This document shows positions 1-12,146 of a DNA stretch of 64,000 nt, one piece after another. The stretch spans positions 1 through 64,000 of IMG/VR virus record IMGVR_UViG_3300021962_000061, one strand, 5' to 3'. The position numbers and the translations under genes were made by a program. Under the pieces are notes generated by a model. The model worked only from the letters and a program-made list of their open reading frames with translations. It was not told where the DNA came from and searched no databases. How positions within the stretch are numbered: the first letter of the stretch is position 1; every line of letters begins with the position of its first letter. The DNA comes from a virus.

Positions 1-695
1 GAAGAAACGTCGGCATACTCTAGGCCTTCTGCTAATGTGCGAAACTTTTCAACTTGAGTTGCAGCTAGGCCTTCTGATACTTCAGTAAATGCCTTTTCTG
101 CTTCTGCTGTTTCTAGCTTCTTAGATAGTTCAATATTTTCATTAATTGATGCAGATAGCTTTGCCTTTAGTTCTTCAACTTCTGCAGCTGTCTGAGCTAA
201 TACATCTAGCTTCTCTTGTGGAGCATCAACATAATGTTCTGCGAAAAGACCCTTTAGGCCTTCCATAAAGCTCTCAACTACTTCGGCCTTAATACCGCTT
301 TCAATTGCTAGCTTGTTCTCTTCTACCCACTGTTCTACGACATAGTCTAGGTAGCTATCGATCTTCTCTACTAGAGCCTCTTCAATAGCACCCACTTCTT
401 CTGAAAGACGTGCTTCGTATTGCTCTTCTAGAGATGCTACAACGCCAGAAACTTTCTCGTTGATAGCAGCTTCGAAAATAACTGTTGCTTTTTCTCTAAA
501 ATCTTCTGATAGTTCTGAACCATCAAATAGAGCAGCTAGGTCCTCTTGTACGGCCTTTAGCTTTTCCATTGGCATGCCAGCATCTTTCTTGGCTGCCTTT
601 GATGTGTCCTTACCACCAGCTGGGTCGACAGGACCGGCAACAGATGCGTTAACACCCGGTACCTTAAAATCTTCTTCTTGAAGTACTTCTGACAT
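1..695 (-). CDS. gp22: prohead core scaffolding protein (T4 gp22-like), runs off the window edge
   Basis: Translated by hand from ATG at 695: MSEVLQEEDFKVPG...LAALFDGSELSEDFREKATVIFEAAINEKV...IDSYLDYVVEQWVEENKLAIESGIKAEVVESFMEGLKGLFAEHYVD. GGAGA SD upstream; lies directly downstream of gp21. Confidence 0.93.
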   Translation of the reverse strand, partial: MSEVLQEEDFKVPGVNASVAGPVDPAGGKDTSKAAKKDAGMPMEKLKAVQEDLAALFDGSELSEDFREKATVIFEAAINEKVSGVVASLEEQYEARLSEEVGAIEEALVEKIDSYLDYVVEQWVEENKLAIESGIKAEVVESFMEGLKGLFAEHYVDAPQEKLDVLAQTAAEVEELKAKLSASINENIELSKKLETAEAEKAFTEVSEGLAATQVEKFRTLAEGLEYADVS

Positions 696-735
696 TGTAT
701 TTTCTCCCAAATAATTTACGTAAATTGGTTATTAT

Positions 736-743
736 TATTTATA
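736..743 (-). promoter_or_regulatory. T4-type late promoter TATAAATA upstream of gp22
   Basis: Exact TATTTATA on + strand in the intergenic gap. Confidence 0.85.
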
Positions 744-746
744 AAA

Positions 747-1406
747 TTAAAGTTTTGACAGGAAGTCAGTCCATGTCTTTAGCATAGCTTCTTCTAAAGC
801 ACGCTTATTTGGCTTGGCTGCTGCCTTCTCAATCTCTTCTTTATACAGTTCAATTTGTTGAGCCTTCAACAAACCATTATCCCATACCCACTCTACACCT
901 TCCATAATACCGTTAACAAATGCACCCGGTGCCGATGGATCAGCTACAATATCAGCAGCTGTTGCAAGAGTGAAGTCATCTTGGACTTCCATGATGCCAT
1001 TCATATCTTTTAATGAACCCATACCGCGTGATGATACACCTAGGCAGCCACCACCTTGAATAATGTTTCTTGCGATGTTGCCCATTGGTGTTTCTAGAAT
1101 CTTGGCGCGGCCAACAATGTTAGATCCATCTCTCTTTAGTTCCGTAATCATATGAGAAATACGGTCAAGATTGATTGAAGGGCCTTCTGGGTGGCCTAGC
1201 TCACCAAAAGCTCTCTTTGTATCTACGTATTCTTTGACGTAGCGATTGACTTCCTTCTCCATAACAGGCATAGGGTAGATACGGCCATTTCTATTCTTTA
1301 GATCAGCCTGCATGAAGACACCTTCAATATAGAAGTCCTTCTTGCCATCTTCCTTTTCTTCTGTTATTAGTTTTACTTCTTCAAGTACTTCGCAAATTAG
1401 TTTCAT
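747..1406 (-). CDS. gp21: prohead maturation protease
   Basis: FYIEGVFMQADLKNRNGRIYP, GELGHP, GVSSRGMGS and DIVADPSAPGAFV motifs. Confidence 0.97.
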   Translation of the reverse strand: MKLICEVLEEVKLITEEKEDGKKDFYIEGVFMQADLKNRNGRIYPMPVMEKEVNRYVKEYVDTKRAFGELGHPEGPSINLDRISHMITELKRDGSNIVGRAKILETPMGNIARNIIQGGGCLGVSSRGMGSLKDMNGIMEVQDDFTLATAADIVADPSAPGAFVNGIMEGVEWVWDNGLLKAQQIELYKEEIEKAAAKPNKRALEEAMLKTWTDFLSKL

Positions 1407-1417
1407 TGCTGTGCCCC

Positions 1418-1696
1418 TTATCTATACGCTACCGAGACTGCTCTAACAACAGCTACACCACTTTGAATTTCTAAAGTGTGAGTAGGTTCTTTAATGAGAT
1501 AAACACTACTTTCATCTGAACCAGCAAAATTGAGTGTAAATGTTGCAACTGTTGTTGTACTATTACTTTTCTGTTCAATAATTACAAGATTACTCGAGTC
1601 AGTGTTTGTAACACGAACAATATTAGCATTACTAACAGTAGTTGGTGTACTGTTGATAGTGGTTTGTTCCCCTAAAAATTTTACGTAGTCTGGCAT
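1418..1696 (-). CDS. small hypothetical head-region protein
   Basis: 92-aa ORF tightly packed in the head operon, beta-rich composition. Confidence 0.6.
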   Translation of the reverse strand: MPDYVKFLGEQTTINSTPTTVSNANIVRVTNTDSSNLVIIEQKSNSTTTVATFTLNFAGSDESSVYLIKEPTHTLEIQSGVAVVRAVSVAYR

Positions 1697-1698
1697 TT

Positions 1699-1980
1699 TT
1701 ATACACCCATGTGTGGTATTTTCATCTGTCTGATATGAGTCTTTAAAATAGGTCTCACATCAGCTTCTGGATACTTTTCTTTTGCACTTCTTAGTTCACT
1801 AGCAAGTTTAGGGTGGTTGCTATACTTACTAATTAATCTTTCTGCATGGTGAGCTGGAATCTTGTCACGCATCTCTGCTCTCAGCTCGCCAGCTGCCTTT
1901 CTAACTTTCATTGGATTCTTGCTATGCAAGGATCCTTGTAACTCACCTTCTTCATTAAGATAGTCTAAAAACTTTTTCAT
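1699..1980 (-). CDS. putative internal head/prohead core protein
   Basis: N-terminus MKKFLDYLNEE resembles the T4 capsid-targeting leader (MKTYQEFIAE); located between portal and protease. Confidence 0.55.
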   Translation of the reverse strand: MKKFLDYLNEEGELQGSLHSKNPMKVRKAAGELRAEMRDKIPAHHAERLISKYSNHPKLASELRSAKEKYPEADVRPILKTHIRQMKIPHMGV

Positions 1981-2744
1981 GTATTGTGAATCTTTTGCTT
2001 TACCATTGACTGATGTCTATTTCTCATAGCCTCAGTTTCAGCACTAACTGTTGAAGGACGACCTTGAACACCAGCTTGCTTCTTTGCAGCACGTTCTTCT
2101 TTACGCTTTTTCATTTCAGCATCAAGTAAATTGCTTGCTATTTCTTTTTGCTTTCTTTTTCTTTCAAAAGAAGCAGCTGATAATTCGTAATCTTTCTCTT
2201 CACCCATCTGAGCCTTTTTGCCAACTAGCTTATAGCCCATCTTCTCATAATCTTTTTTGCCACGCTCAGCATCTTGAACAGAGAAGTGTGTGACTTTAAA
2301 TGGCTTCTTTGTTGGATGCTTATAATGCATCTCAACACCAACAACTTGCTTAGCTTCCTTCACTTCTTCTTTGTCGTCATCTTCATCTTCATCTTCATCT
2401 TCATCTTCATCTTCATCTTCATCTTCGTCTTCTTCGTCATCTTCCTTGCCCATCATTTCTGATAGCTTAGCAATTTTTGCATCTCTTGATTCTGGAAGAT
2501 GATAGGCAGCTTCTGACTCACCTGGTGCATCGTGGCCATGGTCATCCTTACCTGGATCACCTGGCTTCTTGATTGCAGCAACATTCTTTAGAATGTGATC
2601 GTATGGCGACTCTTGAGAGATTGAATCTTTACCCTGAAAGTCAAGAACCTTCATGCCATGCTTGGCCACAAATTCCTGCTCATCACCAGGAACAGGCTTT
2701 GCAACCTCTACTAGCTTCTTTAATGATTCGCGAATTGTGGCCAT
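1977..2744 (-). CDS. highly charged prohead core protein with (DE)n tract
   Basis: Likely start MATIRESL at 2744 with GAGGA SD; E/K-rich with hydrophobic-x-E sites typical of gp21 substrates; gp67/gp68 position. Confidence 0.6.
   Translation of the reverse strand: MATIRESLKKLVEVAKPVPGDEQEFVAKHGMKVLDFQGKDSISQESPYDHILKNVAAIKKPGDPGKDDHGHDAPGESEAAYHLPESRDAKIAKLSEMMGKEDDEEDEDEDEDEDEDEDEDEDDDKEEVKEAKQVVGVEMHYKHPTKKPFKVTHFSVQDAERGKKDYEKMGYKLVGKKAQMGEEKDYELSAASFERKRKQKEIASNLLDAEMKKRKEERAAKKQAGVQGRPSTVSAETEAMRNRHQSMVKQKIHNT
2374..2444. repeat. hexanucleotide (TTCATC)n tandem repeat encoding alternating Asp-Glu
   Basis: Directly visible; encodes EDDEEDEDEDEDEDEDEDEDEDDD. Confidence 0.9.
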
Positions 2745-2754
2745 GGTATTCCTC

Positions 2755-2970
2755 TTATTGTTCTGCTGGTACTTCAACTGGAGCTTCTACAGCAGGTACT
2801 TCTGCCTCTACTTCAGCTTGTGAGTTCATTACTGCATGAGCAACTTCTGGATACATTGCATCCAATCTTGCTGCTACCTTTGTATTGATTGCAGTTTCAA
2901 ACTTATCCAAGAATGCAGCTGCATCCTGGTTAATAACTGCACCAATCATATCTTTTACTTGTTCTGACAT
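2755..2970 (-). CDS. small acidic prohead core protein (gp67-like)
   Basis: 71 aa, acidic C-terminus, immediately downstream of portal. Confidence 0.6.
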   Translation of the reverse strand: MSEQVKDMIGAVINQDAAAFLDKFETAINTKVAARLDAMYPEVAHAVMNSQAEVEAEVPAVEAPVEVPAEQ

Positions 2971-3011
2971 ATAGTAACTCCAATATTCTAATTATTTATC
3001 AATCTGTTCAA

Positions 3012-4571
3012 TTAAACCTGTTCCGTATCAGCTTTACGTTGCTGCAGCTGGTCCTGTTGTTGTTGCTGCATCTCTTGTTCAACGCTTTGTTGATCTACTT
3101 GCTGTTGAAGGATCGGATCCTCTGCATTTTCTTCTTCCATTTGTTCAATATCATGGTCTGACAAACGTAGAACTTTCTTGCGGACAAAGTTACGAGAGTA
3201 GTAAACACCAATCATATCTTCCATATTTTTAACAGTGTTAACTCTATTTGTAATGATCTCAGCTTCCTTCAATTCAGTGAAGTAGCCATCTTGGACGTAG
3301 TCAAATTTAACCTTCGACATAATCTCAGGTAGTTCTTCTTGAGCTACAATGCCCTTTAGAACTAACTGCTTGCCAAGAGCATCCTTAAACAACACTGAGA
3401 ACTTCATTCTCAATCTGTCAACAAACTTTGAAAATCTCAATTCTTCTCTGGTAATTTCTGCTGATCTACCCAAGCTAAATCCTTGCTCTGAATTTAATCT
3501 TGTTACCGGAACATGCAATGACTGATATAGTCTCTTTTGGAAATATAGGACATCTTCCATCTGACCTAGGTTTGCACCAGGGGGTAGAGTTGTTATTTCT
3601 GTACCCTTACCACCTTCACGGCGTGGGATCCAGAAGTCTTCCGTCATTGTCATAAACTTTCTATCGTCTCTGACTTCACCAGTTGTAGCATCATACACTA
3701 ATCTATTTTTATGACGCTGCATCATGTCAGCAAGATATTGTTCTGCCTTCATCTTTGGAAGATTGCCAACATCAATATAGAATACTCTTCTTTCTGGTGC
3801 TCTTGTTAATCTATAGATTACAGAAGCATCTTCTAGCATACGTAGTTGGTTCATAGGCTTAATAGCCTTATGAAGATATGATAGAACGTATGAGTTATTT
3901 TCGTCTAGTAGACCTGACGATACTAGAACAATTGAATCCTTAGCAATTCTCAAGCCAGTTGTAGAAGATGTAACTTCCTTAGCTTGGAATCCCTTATCAT
4001 TGTACATATAGTATTCATTTTGTACAGTGATGGTCTTGCCTTTCTCTTTCTTAATTTCTCTAATCTTTCTAATCTTTCTAGGATCAATATAGCGTAGTTC
4101 TTTGATACCGTCTTGGGGATTAGTTGTATCAATAATAACATGGTAGTACAATCTACCATCAACATACCATCTTCTAATAATATCGAAACCAGATGACGAA
4201 AAGTCAAGTAGTTTTTTGACTTCATTAAATTCTTCAGATATTTTATCTTTCAGCTGCTTTGAAAATTCAAGATCGTCAAGATTGATATTGACCTGCTCTT
4301 GGTTTGAATCGTAGGAAATTATTTCACCTACAATTTCTTCTACAGCAGTTTCAATTTCTGGTTGGAGAGATAGTTGACGATATCTTGTGATTAGCTCAGC
4401 TTCAGTTCTTGCAGTACCTTCTAAATCAACATAGGTACCTACAACGCCGCCACCTGATACGATAACGGCACCATCGTCATTTACTGGGGGAACGAATGAA
4501 GGCTGAGTGACAGCCATCAGCTGTGGCTGCTCTTCTTCCTTTCGTTTAATTGTAAACCCAAATAATTCCAT
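3012..4571 (-). CDS. gp20: portal vertex protein
   Basis: MELFGF, RRWYVDGR, YRLTRAPERRVFYIDVGNLPK and EDFWIPRREGGKGTEITTLPPG motifs. Confidence 0.98.
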   Translation of the reverse strand: MELFGFTIKRKEEEQPQLMAVTQPSFVPPVNDDGAVIVSGGGVVGTYVDLEGTARTEAELITRYRQLSLQPEIETAVEEIVGEIISYDSNQEQVNINLDDLEFSKQLKDKISEEFNEVKKLLDFSSSGFDIIRRWYVDGRLYYHVIIDTTNPQDGIKELRYIDPRKIRKIREIKKEKGKTITVQNEYYMYNDKGFQAKEVTSSTTGLRIAKDSIVLVSSGLLDENNSYVLSYLHKAIKPMNQLRMLEDASVIYRLTRAPERRVFYIDVGNLPKMKAEQYLADMMQRHKNRLVYDATTGEVRDDRKFMTMTEDFWIPRREGGKGTEITTLPPGANLGQMEDVLYFQKRLYQSLHVPVTRLNSEQGFSLGRSAEITREELRFSKFVDRLRMKFSVLFKDALGKQLVLKGIVAQEELPEIMSKVKFDYVQDGYFTELKEAEIITNRVNTVKNMEDMIGVYYSRNFVRKKVLRLSDHDIEQMEEENAEDPILQQQVDQQSVEQEMQQQQQDQLQQRKADTEQV

Positions 4572-4597
4572 ATTATATAACCTCTAGTAGAGAGTAG

Positions 4598-4624
4598 GAG
4601 GGCCGCTTATATTTAGCGGCCCTC
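4598..4624 (-). terminator. 10-bp stem-loop after gp19, containing a late-promoter-like CTAAATA
   Basis: GAGGGCCGCT-N7-AGCGGCCCTC; U-tail is weak. Confidence 0.6.
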
Positions 4625-4635
4625 TTTATCCCCTA

Positions 4636-5172
4636 TTACTCTTGACCGTCAGCTGGGACTGTCCAGTAATCTAGAGCAAACTCACACTGGAATTCTTCGA
4701 TAGCGTTACCATTTTCCCACGATAGTTCGATTGGACCTATAGCAATTGGGAAGATGCCTTCGAAGACATATGAGCGAAGTTCTTCACCTGTCTTACTGAA
4801 CTGGATAACCTCTGCACGAGCTTTGTATTCAGCTGGAGCTGATGTGGCAAATTCGCGAATGTTACCAGAGTAGGAATTAATGTTGTATGACCAAGTTTCA
4901 AGAGCTTTTCTAACTCTAAAGTCTTCATCATTGATGATAGAGACTGTCCAGTTATCAAATACTCTCTGGCCAGCAAACTTAATTGGTCTGCCAAAGTAGA
5001 AGACTTCAATTGGCGCAACAGTTGATGCTGGAATCTGAGCAGCCTTTACCATGAAAGGTACGACTGAATCAGCTGCTGATGTTGCAGGGTTTGTGATTCT
5101 GACTTGGAACAGCGAAGGGCGGGCGCCACCACCCTGTAGCTGACTCTTAATGTCGTTAATATTGAAGGCCAT
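4636..5172 (-). CDS. gp19: tail tube protein
   Basis: GGGARPSLF, YFGRPIKFAGQRVFDNWTVSIINDEDF, IEEFQCEFALDYW. Confidence 0.97.
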   Translation of the reverse strand: MAFNINDIKSQLQGGGARPSLFQVRITNPATSAADSVVPFMVKAAQIPASTVAPIEVFYFGRPIKFAGQRVFDNWTVSIINDEDFRVRKALETWSYNINSYSGNIREFATSAPAEYKARAEVIQFSKTGEELRSYVFEGIFPIAIGPIELSWENGNAIEEFQCEFALDYWTVPADGQE

Positions 5173-5191
5173 TTATGTTTCTCCTTACCGA

Positions 5192-7492
5192 TTAAACTGA
5201 ACCAACAACTTCGCTAAACTCAACACCAGTTCTAACTGCTACAAAGTTTAGTTGGATGAAGTTGATTGAGCGAGCTGGTTTGATGAAGATATCACCAACA
5301 AACTGGTTAGCATCGACAACTTCTGGTGTATTGTTTGTTGTGTCACAAACAACCTTGAAGTCGTAGATACCACGGCGGCCTTGGATCTCACGTAGGTAAG
5401 GTTCAACCAAGTTACGGAACTGAGCTCTTGTGAACTCATCGTTAAACTCGAACAAAGTGAACTTGGCAGCAGTGGCGATTGCTTTTTCAAGAACGATAAA
5501 CAATCTACGTACGTTGATTCTATCAAATGCTGATGGTTTAGCAAGCAATGTCTTGTCGCCAAACAATACAGTACCTTGGCCTGGGAATGTTGTCACTGGG
5601 TTGACACCTGCCTTGTACAACGTATCTCTGTCAGCCTTATCTGGATTATAAGCTAGCTTAACAATATTTTTGATTTGACCTCTATTGAATCCAGCTGGTG
5701 AATACCACGGATCTCTGATAGTGTCAGTTCTTACACACAAGCCAGCTGTATCACCATTTAGTGGTACGTAGCGGTAGACGTCGTTATAACGATCGTACAT
5801 GTACTTGTAGCCAGAATCTATTACACCGTAAGATGATGATCTTAGTGCATTTCTAAATTGTGTAATGTTACCAGCTTGTGAACCAGCCGTAACACCGACT
5901 ACATCACCACGGTCTGGTGATGCAAACACGACACAATCCTTACGAACTTCTGCAATATTGTCAACTAGGTAGTTAGCTAGTTGCTCACCATATGTGCCGC
6001 CTCTTGCCTTACCAGTTAGAATCAATGAAATGTCAACTTCTTCTGCAGAAGCAAACTTGTCATATGCTGTAGCAAGGTAGCTGACAGCGATTGTGCTTTC
6101 GCCAGCACCATCTGCACCGCCTATGAGTGACTTAGTTGTTGGCTTTGAGTTGGTGTCAGAGGATGACATATTGTTGGCTGTATTGGATGAGGCATTACCA
6201 TTGTCAGCAAACCACCACAACCATTCTGAGCCGTTATTAATCACATCCTTATAATAAATTGAAGCACCGTCTCTCTTGCAGTCTGTTGCTCTTGATAGTC
6301 TTTCCCATCTTTCAAGAATTGTGTTCTTAATACCTGTGACTAGACCATCTTCGTCAGCAACTACAACATGAAGCTCGTCTGACGAACCACCACGCTCTGA
6401 TACGTATACAGATGTGCCTGGAGCACCATCTGTTACATCAAAGTATTCCCAGTAACGGGAAACAGCATTAGCAACAGTGCTATTAGTTGTTAAGGACACT
6501 GCGTTTGAACCAGTGTATAGAGATTCAAATGATAAGGTAGCTTGAACAACGCCATTTGAAACACCTGAAGGTGAACCAATTGCAGTAAGCTTTAGATACT
6601 GTGAGTTTACTTTCAACTTATCGCCGACTGTTAGTAAGCCTAGTTGTGTGTTCAATTCAGTATTTGCTAGTGTATTTGCAGCAGCTGTTGAACCAAGTGT
6701 AATTGAGAATGTTGCACTTGAGCCAGCTGAGGTGTTACTACCACCAGAAGTTGAGTTGGCAACAAAAATTTGGATAACTGATGTATTTGGGAACTGACCA
6801 GCTCCAACAACTGTTACTGCTGTAATACCACCAGTTGAGTTAGTTGTTACTGTGCAGTTGCCTGTATTAACAACACCATTGGATAGAACGACTACGTCTG
6901 TATTGTCGTAACCTGAACCACCAGCTGTTACTGTAATTGCTGTTACGTTTTGTGATGCTTGAGTTGCTGTCAATGTACCTGTATTTGCACCAATGCTAAT
7001 TGCTAGTGTTAGTGTGTTGTTGGCATTGTCAACAGAGGACATTACATTTGATGACCAAGCATTTGAGCTGTCGCAAATGGAAACCTTTAGAGAATTACCT
7101 AGTGCACCTGGATACTTGGCTCGGTAAATTGCACCTTGTGAAGAACCAGTTGTTTTTGTTAGGTAGTCATCCAAGTTCTTAACCTGGAGATTTGCTACGG
7201 CCGATGTGTTGGCATATGCATTATATGCATTTGCATCTGCAGCACGTGAAACATATAGCTGATTGCCATATGCCAAAAAGGAAGATGCTGTCATAAAGGT
7301 TTCAAAATTTTCGTCATTTGGTAGACCAAATCTGTCTACTAGTTCTAATTCGTTTGAAACATTTACTCTATCGTTTACTGGACCCCAACGGAAAACACCT
7401 GCAATACCACCTTCTGTGGAGGATACGGCAGGGACCACTGTTGTCAAGTCGATTTCGCTTACATTTACGCCTGGGCTAACTTGAAATGCCAT
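5192..7492 (-). CDS. gp18: contractile tail sheath protein with inserted surface domains
   Basis: Start MAFQVSPGVNVSEIDLT at 7492 with GAGGAGA SD; PWYSPAGFNRG, FDRINVRRLF, FEFNDEFTR. Confidence 0.98.
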   Translation of the reverse strand: MAFQVSPGVNVSEIDLTTVVPAVSSTEGGIAGVFRWGPVNDRVNVSNELELVDRFGLPNDENFETFMTASSFLAYGNQLYVSRAADANAYNAYANTSAVANLQVKNLDDYLTKTTGSSQGAIYRAKYPGALGNSLKVSICDSSNAWSSNVMSSVDNANNTLTLAISIGANTGTLTATQASQNVTAITVTAGGSGYDNTDVVVLSNGVVNTGNCTVTTNSTGGITAVTVVGAGQFPNTSVIQIFVANSTSGGSNTSAGSSATFSITLGSTAAANTLANTELNTQLGLLTVGDKLKVNSQYLKLTAIGSPSGVSNGVVQATLSFESLYTGSNAVSLTTNSTVANAVSRYWEYFDVTDGAPGTSVYVSERGGSSDELHVVVADEDGLVTGIKNTILERWERLSRATDCKRDGASIYYKDVINNGSEWLWWFADNGNASSNTANNMSSSDTNSKPTTKSLIGGADGAGESTIAVSYLATAYDKFASAEEVDISLILTGKARGGTYGEQLANYLVDNIAEVRKDCVVFASPDRGDVVGVTAGSQAGNITQFRNALRSSSYGVIDSGYKYMYDRYNDVYRYVPLNGDTAGLCVRTDTIRDPWYSPAGFNRGQIKNIVKLAYNPDKADRDTLYKAGVNPVTTFPGQGTVLFGDKTLLAKPSAFDRINVRRLFIVLEKAIATAAKFTLFEFNDEFTRAQFRNLVEPYLREIQGRRGIYDFKVVCDTTNNTPEVVDANQFVGDIFIKPARSINFIQLNFVAVRTGVEFSEVVGSV

Positions 7493-7538
7493 CGTGATTC
7501 TCCTCGTAGACAAATCTATTGAATAAAGCTACTGAAAT

Positions 7539-7546
7539 TATTTATA
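7539..7546 (-). promoter_or_regulatory. late promoter TATAAATA upstream of gp18
   Basis: Exact consensus in the intergenic region. Confidence 0.85.
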
Positions 7547-7565
7547 AATTCCCTAGGTTCATGTT

Positions 7566-9637
<2,072 letters not shown>

Positions 9638-9666
<29 letters not shown>

Positions 9667-10531
9667 CCACTGGGAAATCAGGGTTTGTGTTTGTAGTTAC
9701 AATATAGGCCCAGTTGTCATTTGCTGCTATGTTGGCAGCTGGGATTGTTATAGCTGGATCCGTTGTTGGATTACCATTTGCATCAAGACCCGGACGGACT
9801 TGAGTTGTTGTGAAGAATAAAGTATTAGATAGAGTTGCGTTTGAGGAAATTGTATTGGACTCAGCCTCAATATTTGCACTAAAGCCATCAACAACAAACA
9901 ACCTCGTATTAGCTGTATTGATAATGTTTTTATCTTTAACAGGACCAAACATGTAACCTTTCATTGTAAAATTTAGTGTATGGATTATTGTCCTTCTGCT
10001 CTCATATGCATCTTCATACGTGTCTTCTGTTGTTACTGTATTTAAAACAACTGGAACATCCATACGTAGATCTAAATCATCTACAAGCTTGATTGTGTTT
10101 GTCCATTCAGGTGTGAAATATGGTAAAATCTGTTCAAGTAACTGAGTACCATCTTCAGCGTTGAGAACGTATATTGAAAGTTCAAAATCTATATCCCACG
10201 GTACAGGATTGTATACTCTAGCATTGACTTGATTATCGCTAGGGACTTTAATTGTACCAATAGTTGATAATTTTCTAGTTGGGTCATAGTTGTACCCAGA
10301 GATTTGAAAACTCATTCTGGGTAAACTAATAGCATCTGGTTTTGTTAGATTGGGGTCCTGCTGAATCCTGGATAAAAACTTGGCTCTTGGGCCATAGGCA
10401 ATTGGTACCTTAATACGTTTAACAATAGTTCCTGCGTTGTTTCTTCTCCACACAACCATATCGTTAAACATGGTACCAAATACCACCACATATCTTCTTA
10501 TGGTCTCGTGATAATATTCAGATCCAAACAT
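9638..10531 (-). CDS. gp15: tail sheath stabilizer/terminator
   Basis: FGTMFND, VPIAYGPRAKF, LPRMSF, EQILPYFTP. Confidence 0.95.
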
Positions 10532-10533
10532 TA

Positions 10534-10698
10534 TTAGTCACCACCGCCGTTGCCACCGCCTGAACTACCACTCTTTCCGGGTGGTAGAGATTTAATTGTA
10601 CCGTCAGCCATTCTAATTTTTACATTAGGAACTTTGATAAGTTTACCAGCGGCGTTTCTAACAAAAAGTTCTTGTACAAGTTGTTTGAATGTTTTCAT
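10534..10698 (-). CDS. 54-aa basic protein with Gly-rich tail (not in ORF track); putative internal protein
   Basis: MKTFKQLVQELFVRNAAGKLIKVPNVKIRMADGTIKSLPPGKSGSSGGGNGGGD; fills the gp14-gp15 gap and overlaps the gp14 stop (TAATG). Confidence 0.7.
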   Translation of the reverse strand: MKTFKQLVQELFVRNAAGKLIKVPNVKIRMADGTIKSLPPGKSGSSGGGNGGGD

Positions 10699-11366
10699 TA
10701 GTATGTGTTAGCCTCTGAGAATGGATTGATTTCTGTAAAGTCAAGAATATCATCACCACGTGTCTCAAACAATTCATTTTGTGCTTGCTTATCTATTGCA
10801 GAAACATTGAATGATGTAACTGCTTGAGTACTATTTGCTAGCTTAAAGCTTAGAGCATTATATGTGTCATCAATCATAGGTATGCTTGTTGCAAACGTCT
10901 CTTGATTGAATTCAAATAGCTCACAAACAACATCGTATGTTTGCAGCGCACCCATTTGATAGAAAATAGCTTCGTGCTCAACAAATCTAATTACATAGCC
11001 TTTCATGGTGAGAGGGAAGAAAATCATATCTCCTTCTCTTGGTCTTGTTATACCAACAACTTCACTTGTAAATGTTCTTCTTGAAAATGTAAATGTAATT
11101 CTGTCTCTAATTTGTAAACCAAATTTAGATAAGAAGTCTCCCTCACCCTCAAACCCTTCGACATTTTTAATGTAGGCTTCTACCAGATATGCATTATTGA
11201 ATGAGGCTAGTTCATCTTCTTTGAATACAGGTTCTTCATTGTCAATAGTTCTTGGGCAATACCAAACCTCATGCCCATAAATTTTAATTGACTCTATTAC
11301 TAGATCTTCAATTAAAATTTGTTCTTGGCTGTTATCAAAATTATTAAAATAAAAATTAGTTGCCAC
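10698..11366 (-). CDS. gp14: neck protein
   Basis: EDLVIESIKIYG, GFEGEGDFLSKFGLQIRD, RPREGDMIFFP, DFTEINPF. Confidence 0.95.
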   Translation of the reverse strand: MATNFYFNNFDNSQEQILIEDLVIESIKIYGHEVWYCPRTIDNEEPVFKEDELASFNNAYLVEAYIKNVEGFEGEGDFLSKFGLQIRDRITFTFSRRTFTSEVVGITRPREGDMIFFPLTMKGYVIRFVEHEAIFYQMGALQTYDVVCELFEFNQETFATSIPMIDDTYNALSFKLANSTQAVTSFNVSAIDKQAQNELFETRGDDILDFTEINPFSEANTY

Positions 11367-11367
11367 T

Positions 11368-12108
11368 TTATCCCACCATGTGATATGCAGGCAAGGTATA
11401 AGATGTCATCATTTCCTGCTCTAGTGATTCAATTTCGGCTTTTGCATCGTCCATAATCTTCTCACCGTTGAATTGGACACCACCAGGAAGAACCATACCT
11501 GTGAACTTAGTTAGGTTTGTCCCCCACTGATATTTAATCTGGGCAGAAGTATATAGAGCTAACCAACGATCACCCCAAACATCACTATATGTTGCTGGGT
11601 CTACTACTTGATAGGCTTCCACAACCAAATATTCATTAAGCACTGCAAGATCCCAGTCCATATCAATATGTAATCTATTTTTGTGTCTATTATAGCGAAT
11701 TGGCTTTTGGCCAACCAGAATTTCTTCTAAAAACTGAATATGCTGCATTGCCATAACATATGGAACCATTGACTGAGTGGTCAAAGTGTAGAGGTCATTT
11801 AGAGCAATCTGATAGCGAATGTTGAACAAGTTCATCGTATTTAAACTCTGTCCAACAGGAAAAATCTTTACAGCACCAATGATATTTTCAGGTAAGGTGA
11901 TATATTTGTTTGCTTTATCTGTTGACGTAATTTGGTGCTTATAGTATACTTTCTCTGCCCCATCAAAGTGATAGTCCCAAAAATATCTTAAAGACTCGTC
12001 AATACGGTCCTCCACTTGGTCGTCATCAACGTTGATTTCTATAACTGGCTTACCTAATTTACGAAGGCAATACTCTTTAAATTCAGATCTGGTTGTTGGG
12101 ACTGCCAT
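11368..12108 (-). CDS. gp13: neck protein
   Basis: YCLRKLGKPVIEINVDDDQVEDRIDE, QWGTNLTKF, LPGGVQFNG. Confidence 0.96.
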   Translation of the reverse strand: MAVPTTRSEFKEYCLRKLGKPVIEINVDDDQVEDRIDESLRYFWDYHFDGAEKVYYKHQITSTDKANKYITLPENIIGAVKIFPVGQSLNTMNLFNIRYQIALNDLYTLTTQSMVPYVMAMQHIQFLEEILVGQKPIRYNRHKNRLHIDMDWDLAVLNEYLVVEAYQVVDPATYSDVWGDRWLALYTSAQIKYQWGTNLTKFTGMVLPGGVQFNGEKIMDDAKAEIESLEQEMMTSYTLPAYHMVG

Positions 12109-12138
12109 GGAATTTGCTCTCCAAATACGTTATTAAAG

Positions 12139-12146
12139 TATTTATA
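12139..12146 (-). promoter_or_regulatory. late promoter TATAAATA upstream of gp13
   Basis: Exact consensus. Confidence 0.8.

Noticed and set aside
460-681. 73-aa plus-strand ORF
   Set aside because: Antisense to gp22
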